From positions 344 through 64,343 of the forward strand of contig SUPR01000005.1 of the NCBI GenBank assembly GCA_005191425.1: a stretch of DNA of 64,000 nucleotides, in the 5' to 3' direction. The notes beneath the pieces were generated by a model. The model did no database searches, was not told where the DNA came from, and worked only from the letters and a program-made list of their open reading frames with translations. The position numbers were made by a program, and so were the translations under genes. Below are positions 9,237 to 18,880 of this stretch, piece after piece; the first letter of the stretch is position 1; each line of letters begins with the position of its first letter. The DNA comes from Candidatus Helarchaeota ASGARD archaeon Hel_GB_B (lineage in GTDB: Archaea > Asgardarchaeota > Lokiarchaeia > Helarchaeales > HEL-GB-B).

Positions 9237-10559
9237 CTATTCTAGGGCCAACTTAGCCAGAATTTCTGAACAGATCGCGATATAACCCCACTGACCGGCT
9301 ACATAAGAACCATATTCTAATTCAAATTTCTCATAATTATTTATTATCATTGTATAATAAAACCAAGATCCATTATGTGCTTGTAATGAATATGCCATTG
9401 AATATACTCCTATGTCCGATCCGCCTTTATATGAAACTACCGACCAAGCATTAGGATCGGCGAGTCCTGGGTTCAAATGAGTCGAAGTATAATTTTTTGT
9501 TTTATTTTGGATTGAATATATATCTGTACAGTTGAATGTCCACTCAATTTTGCTCCTATTTTCGATATTATGAGTAAAATTCACTGAATTTAAGTCTATG
9601 TCAAATACATTTAATAAAGAAATATTATTTTCTAAATAATTATATTTCTCTGTTGTATTCATCTCAAGATATTTTGTCAAATCTTGGTCATTTAACAGCC
9701 ATCTTAATTTAAATGATTCAGCTGTTGTTAAAAGCGGTTTTGGATAATTTTTAGGAATAAAATTCTCAATATAACTTCGGTTTAAGTAATGAATTAAATG
9801 ATCTGCGGCAGTATTATCACTTATATTTATCATATAATTGGCTAAATCACGAAGTGTTAAAAGAGTACCGTTGTTTTTTTGATAAAGTATTCCTGATGGT
9901 AAGGATTTATATTTATCTAAAATCGGTATTTTAGTTTCCCAAGTTATTTTTTGGTCGTTTTTAATTTTATTTACAAGAGCTTCAAGGACATATAATTTAA
10001 ATGTAGATGCTACTTGCATTTTTTGTCCTGTATTAAATTGATAAATAGTATGGTTATCTCGCATAATTAATAACGATTTATTTCCAGGCAAATTTTGAAA
10101 TTCTGAATATATTGTGGACCAATTTTGGCTTAAAAGATAAGAATTATAGTATTTCATCATTCCAATAAAAAATGAATTTACTAAAAGAGTTACATAATTT
10201 AATGCAATAGTCCCTGTAGTCCATGCATGTTCTAAATAAAGTGTATATGTATATAACCCATATATATTAGGTCTAGAAGATATAGATACATTATCAAATG
10301 CGCCATAATACTTTGTAATTTCATTAACAATATAAAACATATAATCTAACGATACAGCATCTGTAAAAGATTGATCAAATATTCCTCCTAAATCATCCAC
10401 ACTATTTGCGTTAAAAATTCTTTGAATATCCGTTTTCAGAATCTGTGCATTTCTATTTTGCAAATTAATTATATACTGCGAAATAATAAGGGGAATTAAA
10501 ATAATTGAGAAAATTACGCATCCTATTATTATTCCAATAATAATTTTCTGCTTTTTCAT
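9237..10559 (-). CDS. Membrane-anchored class A beta-lactamase-like serine hydrolase
   Basis: N-terminal TM/signal anchor. STFK (Ser-x-x-Lys), SDNTAA (SDN loop) and KGG (KTG-like) occur in the canonical order and spacing for class A beta-lactamase/PBP-like folds. 440 aa, with an extra N-terminal ~150-aa domain. Confidence 0.6.
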   Translation of the reverse strand: MKKQKIIIGIIIGCVIFSIILIPLIISQYIINLQNRNAQILKTDIQRIFNANSVDDLGGIFDQSFTDAVSLDYMFYIVNEITKYYGAFDNVSISSRPNIYGLYTYTLYLEHAWTTGTIALNYVTLLVNSFFIGMMKYYNSYLLSQNWSTIYSEFQNLPGNKSLLIMRDNHTIYQFNTGQKMQVASTFKLYVLEALVNKIKNDQKITWETKIPILDKYKSLPSGILYQKNNGTLLTLRDLANYMINISDNTAADHLIHYLNRSYIENFIPKNYPKPLLTTAESFKLRWLLNDQDLTKYLEMNTTEKYNYLENNISLLNVFDIDLNSVNFTHNIENRSKIEWTFNCTDIYSIQNKTKNYTSTHLNPGLADPNAWSVVSYKGGSDIGVYSMAYSLQAHNGSWFYYTMIINNYEKFELEYGSYVAGQWGYIAICSEILAKLALE

Positions 10560-10840
10560 ATTCTAGAACTTTAAATTCATAAATTTAAATATTTTTTTAT
10601 TAAATTTTTAAATTGTGTCGATTAGTAAAATGGGATTATAATTTTTTAAATTTTTATAAATAATTTTTAGGATATTTTTTAAAAAATTGCGTCATATTTC
10701 TTTTTAATGTAATAAAAACAGCACATTTGTTAGTATCAATAAAGTTAAAAAAATTCTATGAAAAGAATTATTAATCAATTGATTCAGCTTAAATGTAATT
10801 CAATATAAACTTTAAATGATGAAATTTGATGTGATATAAA

Positions 10841-12100
10841 ATGGGTAAGTTAATGAGAGAAGTCGCCGTTATTGGCGCTGGAATGTCAAAATTTGGTGCA
10901 TTTCCAGACAAAAATTCCCGCGATTTATTTGCGGAAGCACTTATTAATACCCTTCAAAGTATTGATAAAAATTTTGAAACAAAGGAAATAGAAGCGTTGT
11001 ATTTAGGAAATTATTCAAGTGATCTATTTGAAGGGCAAGGGCATCTTGCACCAATGTGCGCGGAACTTGCTGGCTTAACACCAAAACCAGCTTCTAGAAC
11101 TGAAAATGCATGTGCAAGTAGTGGAATTGCATTAAGAGAAGCAATTATTGCTATTGCAGCCGGTGCATTTGATATTGTATTGGTTGGTGGTGTTGAGAAA
11201 ATGACTGATTTACCGACCGCTGGAGTAACTGATACTTTAGCATCAGCAGCCGATAGAATTTTCGAATTTTATGCTGGGGTGACATTTCCAGGACTTTATG
11301 CATTAATGGCAACTGCTAGAATGAATAAATATGGTACAACAAGAGAAGATTTCATGCGAATTGGAATAAAAAATCATAAAAATGGAGCATTAAATCCTTT
11401 TGCACAAATGAACAAATCCGTGGCAGAAATAATGAACAGTAAGATAGCAAAAGCAGAGAAAAAAGGTTTACCGAAACCTAATTGGAAAGATGAAATGGAC
11501 TTTTTACATGATTTATCGGCAAACCCATACATTGCATATCCCATGAGGTTATTTGATTGCTCTTTAGTTACTGATGGGGCTGCATGTTTGGTCTTAACAA
11601 CAAAAGAATTGGCTAAAAAATATACTGATACCCCTATCTATATAGTAGGTACTGGGCAAGGTTCAGAAACTTTTGCAGTACATGATAGACCTTCTTTATA
11701 TTCATTAAGATCGGCAGTTAATGCTGCTAATATGGCTTACAAAATGGCAGGAGTTAAGCCAAAAGATATACAAATTGCGGAAGTACACGATTGCTTCACA
11801 ATAGCAGAGATGGTAGCTATGGGCGATCTAGGCCTATGGGAACGAGACGATATAAACCGTGCTGTCAGAGAAGGTGATACTGCTTTAGACGGTGTCAGAC
11901 CATTAAATACAAGTGGTGGACTTAAGTCTAAGGGCCATCCTGTCGGAGCAACTGGGGTAGCACAAGCTGTAGAAATCTTCAAACAAATGCGAGGCGAAGC
12001 TGAAGGTAAAAGACAAGTTAAATTTGATGTTGAATGCGCACTTACGCATAATGTTGGTGGATCTGGAGGATCGTGTGTGGTACACATATATAAAAAATAA
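10841..12100 (+). CDS. Acetyl-CoA C-acetyltransferase (archaeal thiolase)
   Basis: 419 aa. Thiolase fold with active-site Cys region (NACASSGIAL) and C-terminal GGSGGS region. Locally higher GC. Followed directly by its DUF35 partner. Confidence 0.85.
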   Translation: MGKLMREVAVIGAGMSKFGAFPDKNSRDLFAEALINTLQSIDKNFETKEIEALYLGNYSSDLFEGQGHLAPMCAELAGLTPKPASRTENACASSGIALREAIIAIAAGAFDIVLVGGVEKMTDLPTAGVTDTLASAADRIFEFYAGVTFPGLYALMATARMNKYGTTREDFMRIGIKNHKNGALNPFAQMNKSVAEIMNSKIAKAEKKGLPKPNWKDEMDFLHDLSANPYIAYPMRLFDCSLVTDGAACLVLTTKELAKKYTDTPIYIVGTGQGSETFAVHDRPSLYSLRSAVNAANMAYKMAGVKPKDIQIAEVHDCFTIAEMVAMGDLGLWERDDINRAVREGDTALDGVRPLNTSGGLKSKGHPVGATGVAQAVEIFKQMRGEAEGKRQVKFDVECALTHNVGGSGGSCVVHIYKK

Positions 12101-12112
12101 AGGTGATGAAAA

Positions 12113-12592
12113 ATGGCTGATATTACTAAATTAAATGTTTATACTAAAGATTATTTGGACGGAATTGATAATAAAATTCTCTATGGTTCTAAGTGTAAAA
12201 AATGCGGGAATATTATGGTACCTGCAAAAGTTATATGTACAAAATGTCAAAATCCTGATCTAGAACTATTTGAAATTAAACCTGAAGGTAAGATCGCAAC
12301 TTTTACATGCATTGGAGTAGGAACTACCTATTTCGTAAAAAAAGGATATTCAATGAAAAAGCCTTATTGCGTAGCAGTTGTAGAATTAGATAACGGGCAA
12401 ATGATCACTGGCCAATTAATCGGTGGCGATATAACATATGACGAAAATCAAGACCCATTAATCGGTGGTAAACCTATAAAAGTCGGGGCTCCCGTAGTTG
12501 GTGAATATGAGGAATATAAAGAAGTAATAGAAGGAAAACGAGGCGGACCTCAAGAACGCGATCGATGCAGATTAGTTTTTAAATTAAAATAA
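12113..12592 (+). CDS. DUF35 OB-fold/Zn-ribbon protein (thiolase/HMG-CoA synthase scaffold subunit)
   Basis: 159 aa. Rubredoxin-like CKKCGN...CTKCQN zinc ribbon then OB-fold. GGTGAT Shine-Dalgarno upstream. Its position right after the thiolase is the conserved archaeal arrangement. Confidence 0.75.
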   Translation: MADITKLNVYTKDYLDGIDNKILYGSKCKKCGNIMVPAKVICTKCQNPDLELFEIKPEGKIATFTCIGVGTTYFVKKGYSMKKPYCVAVVELDNGQMITGQLIGGDITYDENQDPLIGGKPIKVGAPVVGEYEEYKEVIEGKRGGPQERDRCRLVFKLK

Positions 12593-12610
12593 TTTCACCC
12601 CATTTTTTTA

Positions 12611-13183
12611 CTAATAATTGCTTAATAATTTTCGTAAATCATTAATACTTTTTTTCAAGTCGTGTATATCATAAGTTGGGTCTCCAACGCCTATTAATTG
12701 AATCGGGTTTGAATTTGAAAGTAAATCCTTTTTTATGTTTTGATATAACCGGTTCAATGGTACTTTTAAATTTATGATATTGCCCTCTTCATTTAATTTT
12801 AAATCACAATCAGATAAATAATTTTTAATGGTTCTTGTAAGGTCGTCAATAGATTTTATTAAGATATTTTTTATTTCTCTATCTATTACAATTGTAATTG
12901 TAGCATCAAATATTCCCGCTCTACCTTTTGGATGAGTGATATAAAAGAGATAGACTAATCCAAAATCATTCGAAATAGGAATAATAGAACTAGTAATTAC
13001 TCGTTCATCTTGATTTCCTGCTAATAATATAAGTGATTTCATTGCAACAATATTCTGAAAATTTTCATCTTGTGGTGGAAAACAGAATTGAGGAGTTGGC
13101 CCTAGAATATTTGCAGTAGAAATTATTACACATTTGATAAATTTGTCTATAACTACTTGATTTATTTTCGAAAGTATTTCCAC
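12611..13183 (-). CDS. Hypothetical protein
   Basis: 190-aa ORF with GTG start. No motif recognised. A ~480-nt AT-rich region lies upstream before dapA. Confidence 0.35.
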   Translation of the reverse strand: MEILSKINQVVIDKFIKCVIISTANILGPTPQFCFPPQDENFQNIVAMKSLILLAGNQDERVITSSIIPISNDFGLVYLFYITHPKGRAGIFDATITIVIDREIKNILIKSIDDLTRTIKNYLSDCDLKLNEEGNIINLKVPLNRLYQNIKKDLLSNSNPIQLIGVGDPTYDIHDLKKSINDLRKLLSNY

Positions 13184-13662
13184 ATGCTCGAAATTTATCT
13201 TATTTCCCGTCGCTAAAAGATAAATTTTGTCTGTTATTCTGTAAAATAAAAGTTGAAGAGCAAACTTCTGAATATCTAGGATAAAATAATGGTTTATATT
13301 AATTTGGTCTGGCTTTTTAACAAATTTTAAAAGATAATTTTCTATATTTGGACTAAAATTAGAAAAAACTATTTTATTATTATTTATAATACAGTATTTC
13401 TGGAATAACTTTGATTCATTAATTAATTTTGTTATTTCATTAACTATTTTGATTACACCTATTAGGTCTGAATTGATAGATTAATTATTCGAGTTTTAAA
13501 TAAAAAAGATTTTTGTATAATGATCATTAAATTTTAAAAAATTCCATTTGAATAAACATCTAAATTATTTATTAATAAGTTTGAGTTTTGAGTTAATTTT
13601 ATAAAAAATTAATATTTATTATAAAAAATAAGACAAAAATAATTGTAAATGAAGGCATTAAA

Positions 13663-14553
13663 ATGAAGTTTAAATTAGAAGGAAATATACCTGCATTAAT
13701 AACACCTATGAAAAAAAATTTAGAAATAGACTTCGATGCGCTAAGGAGATTCGTAGATTTCCAAATTGAAAATGGCGTAGATGCTGTATTACCATGTGGT
13801 ACTACTGGAGAATCGGCTACAATGAGTCACCAAGAGCATAAGAAGGTAATTGAAACAGTAATAGACGAAGTTAATGGAAGAATCCCTGTTCTTGCAGGTA
13901 CTGGCTCAAATTCAACTAAAGAAGCAATTGACTTAACAAAATATGCAGAAGATGTTGGAGCTGATGCATGTCTTTTAATTTGTCCTTATTATAATAAACC
14001 GACACAAAGAGGTCTTATAAATCATTTTAAAATCGTAGCAGAATCTACTAATCTTCCGGTAGTATTATATAATGTTCCATCTCGTACCGGTAGAAACATT
14101 GAAGCTGAAACTACAATTGAATTATCAAAAATTCCGAACATTATTGGAATTAAAGAAGCCAGCGGAAATTTAGCACAAATAATGAAAATAATCAAAAACA
14201 CTGAAAATTTCTCGGTTATTTCTGGGGACGATTCTCTAACGTATACAATATATATGTTGGGTGGAACTGGTGTTATCAGTGTTGCGACTAATATAGTCCC
14301 AAGATTAATGAGTGATTTTATTAAAAATTTACGATCTGAAAATTATAAAGATGCGCGGTCTTATCATTATAAATTATTGGATTTATTTAATGTTTTATTC
14401 ATTGAAACTAATCCCGGGCCAGTAAAAGAGGCTGCATCATTATTCAAAATTGCTGGAATTTCCAACTGGTTTCTTAGACCACCATTAATCAATCCAACAC
14501 CTGAAAATTCTAAAAAAATCAAGGAAACAATTGATGCCTTAAAGGTTTTTTAA
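13663..14553 (+). CDS. dapA: 4-hydroxy-tetrahydrodipicolinate synthase
   Basis: 296 aa. GTTGES motif and typical DapA/NAL TIM-barrel signatures. Immediately followed by dapB. Confidence 0.9.
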   Translation: MKFKLEGNIPALITPMKKNLEIDFDALRRFVDFQIENGVDAVLPCGTTGESATMSHQEHKKVIETVIDEVNGRIPVLAGTGSNSTKEAIDLTKYAEDVGADACLLICPYYNKPTQRGLINHFKIVAESTNLPVVLYNVPSRTGRNIEAETTIELSKIPNIIGIKEASGNLAQIMKIIKNTENFSVISGDDSLTYTIYMLGGTGVISVATNIVPRLMSDFIKNLRSENYKDARSYHYKLLDLFNVLFIETNPGPVKEAASLFKIAGISNWFLRPPLINPTPENSKKIKETIDALKVF

Positions 14554-14571
14554 TTTATTAGGGTGAATTAA

Positions 14572-15399
14572 ATGGTAATAAAAGTAGTCGTTTCTGGTGC
14601 AGACGGAAATATGGGCTCACTGGTCGTAAAAAATATTATTAAAGATCCTGAAACAGAATTATGTGGTGGAATTACAATAAAAGACTCCCCAAATCTTGAT
14701 AAAGATATTGGATTAGTAGTCGGTCTTGAAAAATGTGGGATTACTTTAGTAGATAATACTGACATTGACTCTTATTTAAAAAATATCAAGCCAGATGTAT
14801 ATGTAGATTTTACAATTGCTTCAGCTGTTAAACAGAATATTAAACATGTTCTTAATAACAAAATAAACTTTATTATAGGGACTACTGGGTTAGACCAAGA
14901 ATTATTAGATTTTATAAATAAACAAGTTAAAATTCAGAATTTAAGTGGTGTAATCTCTCCAAACATGGCCGTCGGAGTTAATGTCTTCTTCAAAATGGCT
15001 CAAATTCTGACTAATTATTTAAAAGGATTTGATATTGAGATTATTGAAGCCCACCATAATAGAAAGAGAGATGCACCAAGTGGTACTGCTTTAAAAGTTG
15101 CTAATTTAATTGCAGAAGAATTAGACAAAGATTTAAATAAAATTGGCAAGTTTGGTAGAAAAAGAGGTCCCGAAAAAAGAGTCCCAGGTGAAATTGGTAT
15201 ACATGCAATAAGAGCAGGCGATATAGTTGGCGAACACATGTTATTATTTGCTGGCCCTGGTGAAAGAATCGAATTAATTCATAGAGCTCATAGCAGACAA
15301 TGTTTTGCCGAAGGTACTATAAAAGCTATTAAATTCATTTATAATAACAAAAATACTGGAAAAATTTTTGATATGTTCGATGTACTTGGCTTAAAATAA
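14572..15399 (+). CDS. dapB: 4-hydroxy-tetrahydrodipicolinate reductase
   Basis: 275 aa. N-terminal NAD(P) site VVSGADGNMG. DapB signature EAHHNRKRDAPSGTA. GGGTGA Shine-Dalgarno upstream. Confidence 0.9.
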   Translation: MVIKVVVSGADGNMGSLVVKNIIKDPETELCGGITIKDSPNLDKDIGLVVGLEKCGITLVDNTDIDSYLKNIKPDVYVDFTIASAVKQNIKHVLNNKINFIIGTTGLDQELLDFINKQVKIQNLSGVISPNMAVGVNVFFKMAQILTNYLKGFDIEIIEAHHNRKRDAPSGTALKVANLIAEELDKDLNKIGKFGRKRGPEKRVPGEIGIHAIRAGDIVGEHMLLFAGPGERIELIHRAHSRQCFAEGTIKAIKFIYNNKNTGKIFDMFDVLGLK

Positions 15400-15437
15400 C
15401 TATCTTTTTTTTAAAATAAATTAATTAAGGGTTAAAT

Positions 15438-16748
15438 ATGGATTTTTTGGAAAATAAAGGGTTATCTATCAAAGATAATTTATTGTATATAGGTAATTGG
15501 AGCTGTTCAGATTTAGTTAATAAATTTAATACACCGATTTATGTTATCAATGAAAAAATTATAGTTAATAGATATCAAACGCTTTATAATACTTTAAAAA
15601 AATATTATGATAAAATCAGAATTCACTATGCTGTAAAAGCTAACACTAATATGGCTATATTAAAAATATTAAAAAACTTAGGATCTTATTTGGATTGCGT
15701 TAGTCCAGGAGAAATATACATCGCCAAAAATGTAGGTTTTAAACCTGAAAAAATATTATACACTGGAAATAATTATACTAATGACGAGTTAAAATTTGCT
15801 TTAGATAATAAGGTAATGTTAAATTTAGACGCGATATCTCAAATAGACCGATTAATATCTACAATTAATAAGGGAAAATTCTCTAATAACAGACCATTGA
15901 TTTCTTTTAGAGTAAACCCTGAGTTTGGGGGCGGTCATCATGACCATGTCATCACAGCTGGTCCTAATGTAAAATTTGGAATACTTGAGCGCGATATTAT
16001 TAGTGCATATAAAAAAGCAATTGACATGGGCTTTACAAAATTTGGAATACACATGCACATTGGATCTGGAATTCTGGACGTAGCTATCTTTAAAATTGCT
16101 GCAGAAAAATTTTTTAAGATAATTGAATTAATTAAAGCAAATTTGGATATTAATTTCGATTTTATTGATTTAGGTGGTGGTCTCGGTATTCCATATAATC
16201 CAGCAGAGGAACCCCTTGATTTAGATCGATATGCAAAAACCATAATTGAAATTTTCAAGACATATAATGAAAAATGTTCTTTAGAGAACCCATATTTCTG
16301 TATTGAACCAGGTCGGTTTATCGTTGCCGAATCTTGTATTATATTATCAAAAGTTAACACAATTAAAAAAATGCGAGATCAGAACTATGCTGGGATCGAT
16401 GCTGGATTAAATCTATTGATTAGACCATCGCTTTATGGATCTTATCATCATGTAGTTGTCGCAAATAAAATGGACCAAACTTCAAAAGAAATATATAATA
16501 TCGCTGGCCCAATTTGTGAATCCGGCGACATATTAGCAAGAAACAGGTCTCTTCCATCTATTGAAGAAGGTGATATTATTGCAATTTTAGATGCTGGTGC
16601 CTATGGCTTTACAATGAGCTCAAATTATAATATGCGTCCTCGTCCAGCTGAAATTTTAATCAATGGTAATAAGATAAATATCGTCCGTGAAAAAGAAAGT
16701 TTTAAGGATTTAATCACAAAACAGAGAATTCCTGATTATTTACAATGA
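15438..16748 (+). CDS. lysA: Diaminopimelate decarboxylase
   Basis: 436 aa. PLP-Lys motif HYAVKAN. GGGLGIPY glycine-rich loop. C-terminal CESGD region of fold-III decarboxylases. Confidence 0.9.
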   Translation: MDFLENKGLSIKDNLLYIGNWSCSDLVNKFNTPIYVINEKIIVNRYQTLYNTLKKYYDKIRIHYAVKANTNMAILKILKNLGSYLDCVSPGEIYIAKNVGFKPEKILYTGNNYTNDELKFALDNKVMLNLDAISQIDRLISTINKGKFSNNRPLISFRVNPEFGGGHHDHVITAGPNVKFGILERDIISAYKKAIDMGFTKFGIHMHIGSGILDVAIFKIAAEKFFKIIELIKANLDINFDFIDLGGGLGIPYNPAEEPLDLDRYAKTIIEIFKTYNEKCSLENPYFCIEPGRFIVAESCIILSKVNTIKKMRDQNYAGIDAGLNLLIRPSLYGSYHHVVVANKMDQTSKEIYNIAGPICESGDILARNRSLPSIEEGDIIAILDAGAYGFTMSSNYNMRPRPAEILINGNKINIVREKESFKDLITKQRIPDYLQ

Positions 16749-17043
16749 ATATGTTTTATCTTTTTGTTAATTTACTTTTTTATTTAAAATATTATTATTA
16801 ATTTGTCATAATAATTTGTCATAAAAACGTTTCATATGAATAATAATATTCTAAACTTAATAATTGGAGATATTTTTATATATACAATTAAAAATATAAA
16901 AAATATTTGATTAATTATTGATTATAATATCCATTTGATAAAATAAAAAAGATAATATAATAATATTCAAAAAATAAATTCAAAAAATAAATAAACAATC
17001 TGTAAATAATTTAAAAATTTCTAAAATGGAGTAAAAAACTAAA

Positions 17044-17868
17044 ATGGACAATAAGAAAATAAATTTAAAGACAAATATAATCGTCTTATTAATATTTATT
17101 ACTCCGTTAATATTACTTTTTGTTTTATTTTTTCTAGATGATATGCCCCAATTTTTTGGAGATTTAATTAGGTGCATGTCTACAAGAACTCCATTAATTT
17201 TTATTGGTTTACCTAGAATTAATGTATTATTTTTTCTTCCAAAACCATTTCAAATTATTCCATTATCTATTCCGCAATTATTAGACCTTATTTTATTCTT
17301 TTTTATATTTCATCATATTCAACTTTTAATAGCACCGACAATAAGGCATTATTATTTAATAAAAGAATATGAATTACCTTTAGATATTGACACATATTTT
17401 CTGAATCAAGAAAAAAATGATAATAATTTATCTATAATTGATATTGAAATTAGTCGTTTTTATAATCTTAAGCGGAATTTTTGGAAAAGTGGGCATTATG
17501 GGCATTATGGGCATTATGGGCATTATGGGCATTATGCTATTAAAGAAGGTATTCAGAATAGTTTTTTTGTCATAGGATGGCGGAAAATAGTTAATAATAA
17601 GAAAACCAAAATTAGTATTAATTTTTTAAATACGAAATTTAAAAATTTCAAATTTTTTATTAAAAAGAATATAAAAACCTTATTTTCATACAAATTTTTT
17701 TTTATTTTCAATAAATTTATTAGATTTTTTATTATTTCATCTAATTTTTACTTAAATTCTTTTTTTAAACTTTTAACTAATTTTTCGAGAAAAAAACGAT
17801 ACAAAATAAGGATAAATTGGAAAAAAACAAATCTAAATTTTTTATGGAGGTGTTTAAATGGTATTTGA
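17044..17868 (+). CDS. Hypothetical membrane protein with (GHY)5 repeat; C-terminal half of doubtful coding value
   Basis: N-terminal ~150 aa has a TM helix and a plausible composition, then a GHYGHYGHYGHYGHY repeat. The last ~100 aa is K/F/N-rich low-complexity, as expected from translating AT-rich non-coding DNA. Confidence 0.3.
   Translation: MDNKKINLKTNIIVLLIFITPLILLFVLFFLDDMPQFFGDLIRCMSTRTPLIFIGLPRINVLFFLPKPFQIIPLSIPQLLDLILFFFIFHHIQLLIAPTIRHYYLIKEYELPLDIDTYFLNQEKNDNNLSIIDIEISRFYNLKRNFWKSGHYGHYGHYGHYGHYAIKEGIQNSFFVIGWRKIVNNKKTKISINFLNTKFKNFKFFIKKNIKTLFSYKFFFIFNKFIRFFIISSNFYLNSFFKLLTNFSRKKRYKIRINWKKTNLNFLWRCLNGI
17491..17535 (+). repeat. Perfect microsatellite (GGGCATTAT)x5, in frame within ORF 17044..17868
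   Basis: Five perfect head-to-tail 9-bp units, counted directly. The unit length is a multiple of 3, so copy-number change keeps the frame. Confidence 0.9.
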
Positions 17869-18847
17869 TACAATTCCAATACTTAAAATTGCATTTGAAT
17901 TAATATTTCCAATAGTATTACTGATATTTCTAATACTTTTAATTGGATTAAGCATAATTAATCGGAGAAAAGACCTAAAATTTATGACATTCGATGATTT
18001 CTTAAGTGAGTGGTTAATAGACCATGGGCAATCATATAGAGTAGAACAAGCAATGGAAGAGATGAAAAAAAATCCTGTAGGTGGACTTTATCAACCATTA
18101 ACTTATAAACTGGGTAAATTATTATCAAGATGGGGTTTTACGGCAAATAAAGTGTCAATTATAAATTTAATTTTATCTTTGTTTATCTTATATTTTACTA
18201 TTATGGCAGGGAATGGCTATAATTTAGATTTATATTCTCAGCAACCATTTTACGGGGCATTATTATTACCAACAGGTTTACTGGTTCTATTTACTGGGAT
18301 TCTTGATGGTGTTGACGGGTCAATTGCGCGATTATTAAAAAAGAAAACTAAATGCGGTGCATGGCTTGATGCAGTAATTGACAGAATTTGTGATACTTTA
18401 GTATTAGTCTGTTTATTACCTGGTGGGTTCTTAATACCAATACCAAATTTAAACTTTGCATGGTTAGTTTGGACGAATGTATTTATTATATTTCTCTATG
18501 AATATATGCGAGCTAAACATTATGAAGTGGGACTAAATGTAAGTCAGCCATTTTTAGGTGAAAGACCTACAAGAGTATTGATCCAGACTACCTTCTTTTT
18601 AATATACGGAATTTCGAGTTTTACCGTATTACTGACCTATTTTATTAATCCAACCGCTACTATCGAAACATCAATCTGGCAGACTTCTCATCCTGGAATC
18701 GTTACGTGGTCAATGACTATTTTTCAAGGTGTTCTATTTATAATAATGTCTTATTCAATAATTAGAAGTGCTATATGGATTTGGAGAAAATTGAAAAAGA
18801 TGGACATTGAAAATGGGACAATTAACAACAAAAATGACAGAAATTAA
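17858..18847 (+). CDS. CDP-alcohol phosphatidyltransferase family protein with long N-terminal extension
   Basis: Signature DGVDGSIARLLKKKTKCGAWLDAVIDRICD (D-G-x2-A-R...G-x3-D-x3-D). Multiple TM helices. GGAGGTG Shine-Dalgarno upstream. 329 aa versus ~200 typical. Confidence 0.7.
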   Translation: MVFDTIPILKIAFELIFPIVLLIFLILLIGLSIINRRKDLKFMTFDDFLSEWLIDHGQSYRVEQAMEEMKKNPVGGLYQPLTYKLGKLLSRWGFTANKVSIINLILSLFILYFTIMAGNGYNLDLYSQQPFYGALLLPTGLLVLFTGILDGVDGSIARLLKKKTKCGAWLDAVIDRICDTLVLVCLLPGGFLIPIPNLNFAWLVWTNVFIIFLYEYMRAKHYEVGLNVSQPFLGERPTRVLIQTTFFLIYGISSFTVLLTYFINPTATIETSIWQTSHPGIVTWSMTIFQGVLFIIMSYSIIRSAIWIWRKLKKMDIENGTINNKNDRN

Positions 18848-18880
18848 CTTAGAATTTGATTATTGGTGAAAAATTAAAAA

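Noticed and set aside
10811-10830. ATGATGA C-box-like motif just upstream of the thiolase start
   Set aside because: No downstream CTGA D box at appropriate spacing. It overlaps the Shine-Dalgarno/start region of the thiolase gene.
11737-12087. 116-aa and 60-aa antisense ORFs inside the thiolase gene
   Set aside because: They lie opposite a strongly conserved, GC-richer CDS. Their translations are Pro/Ser/Ala-rich junk typical of antisense frames.
17650-17868. C-terminal ~70 codons of ORF 17044..17868 as genuine coding sequence
   Set aside because: The translation (FKNFKFFIKKNIK...FFIFNKFIRFFII) is pure low-complexity from A/T runs. It is more likely the 5' leader of the 17858 gene. It is kept in the features list only as a low-confidence ORF.
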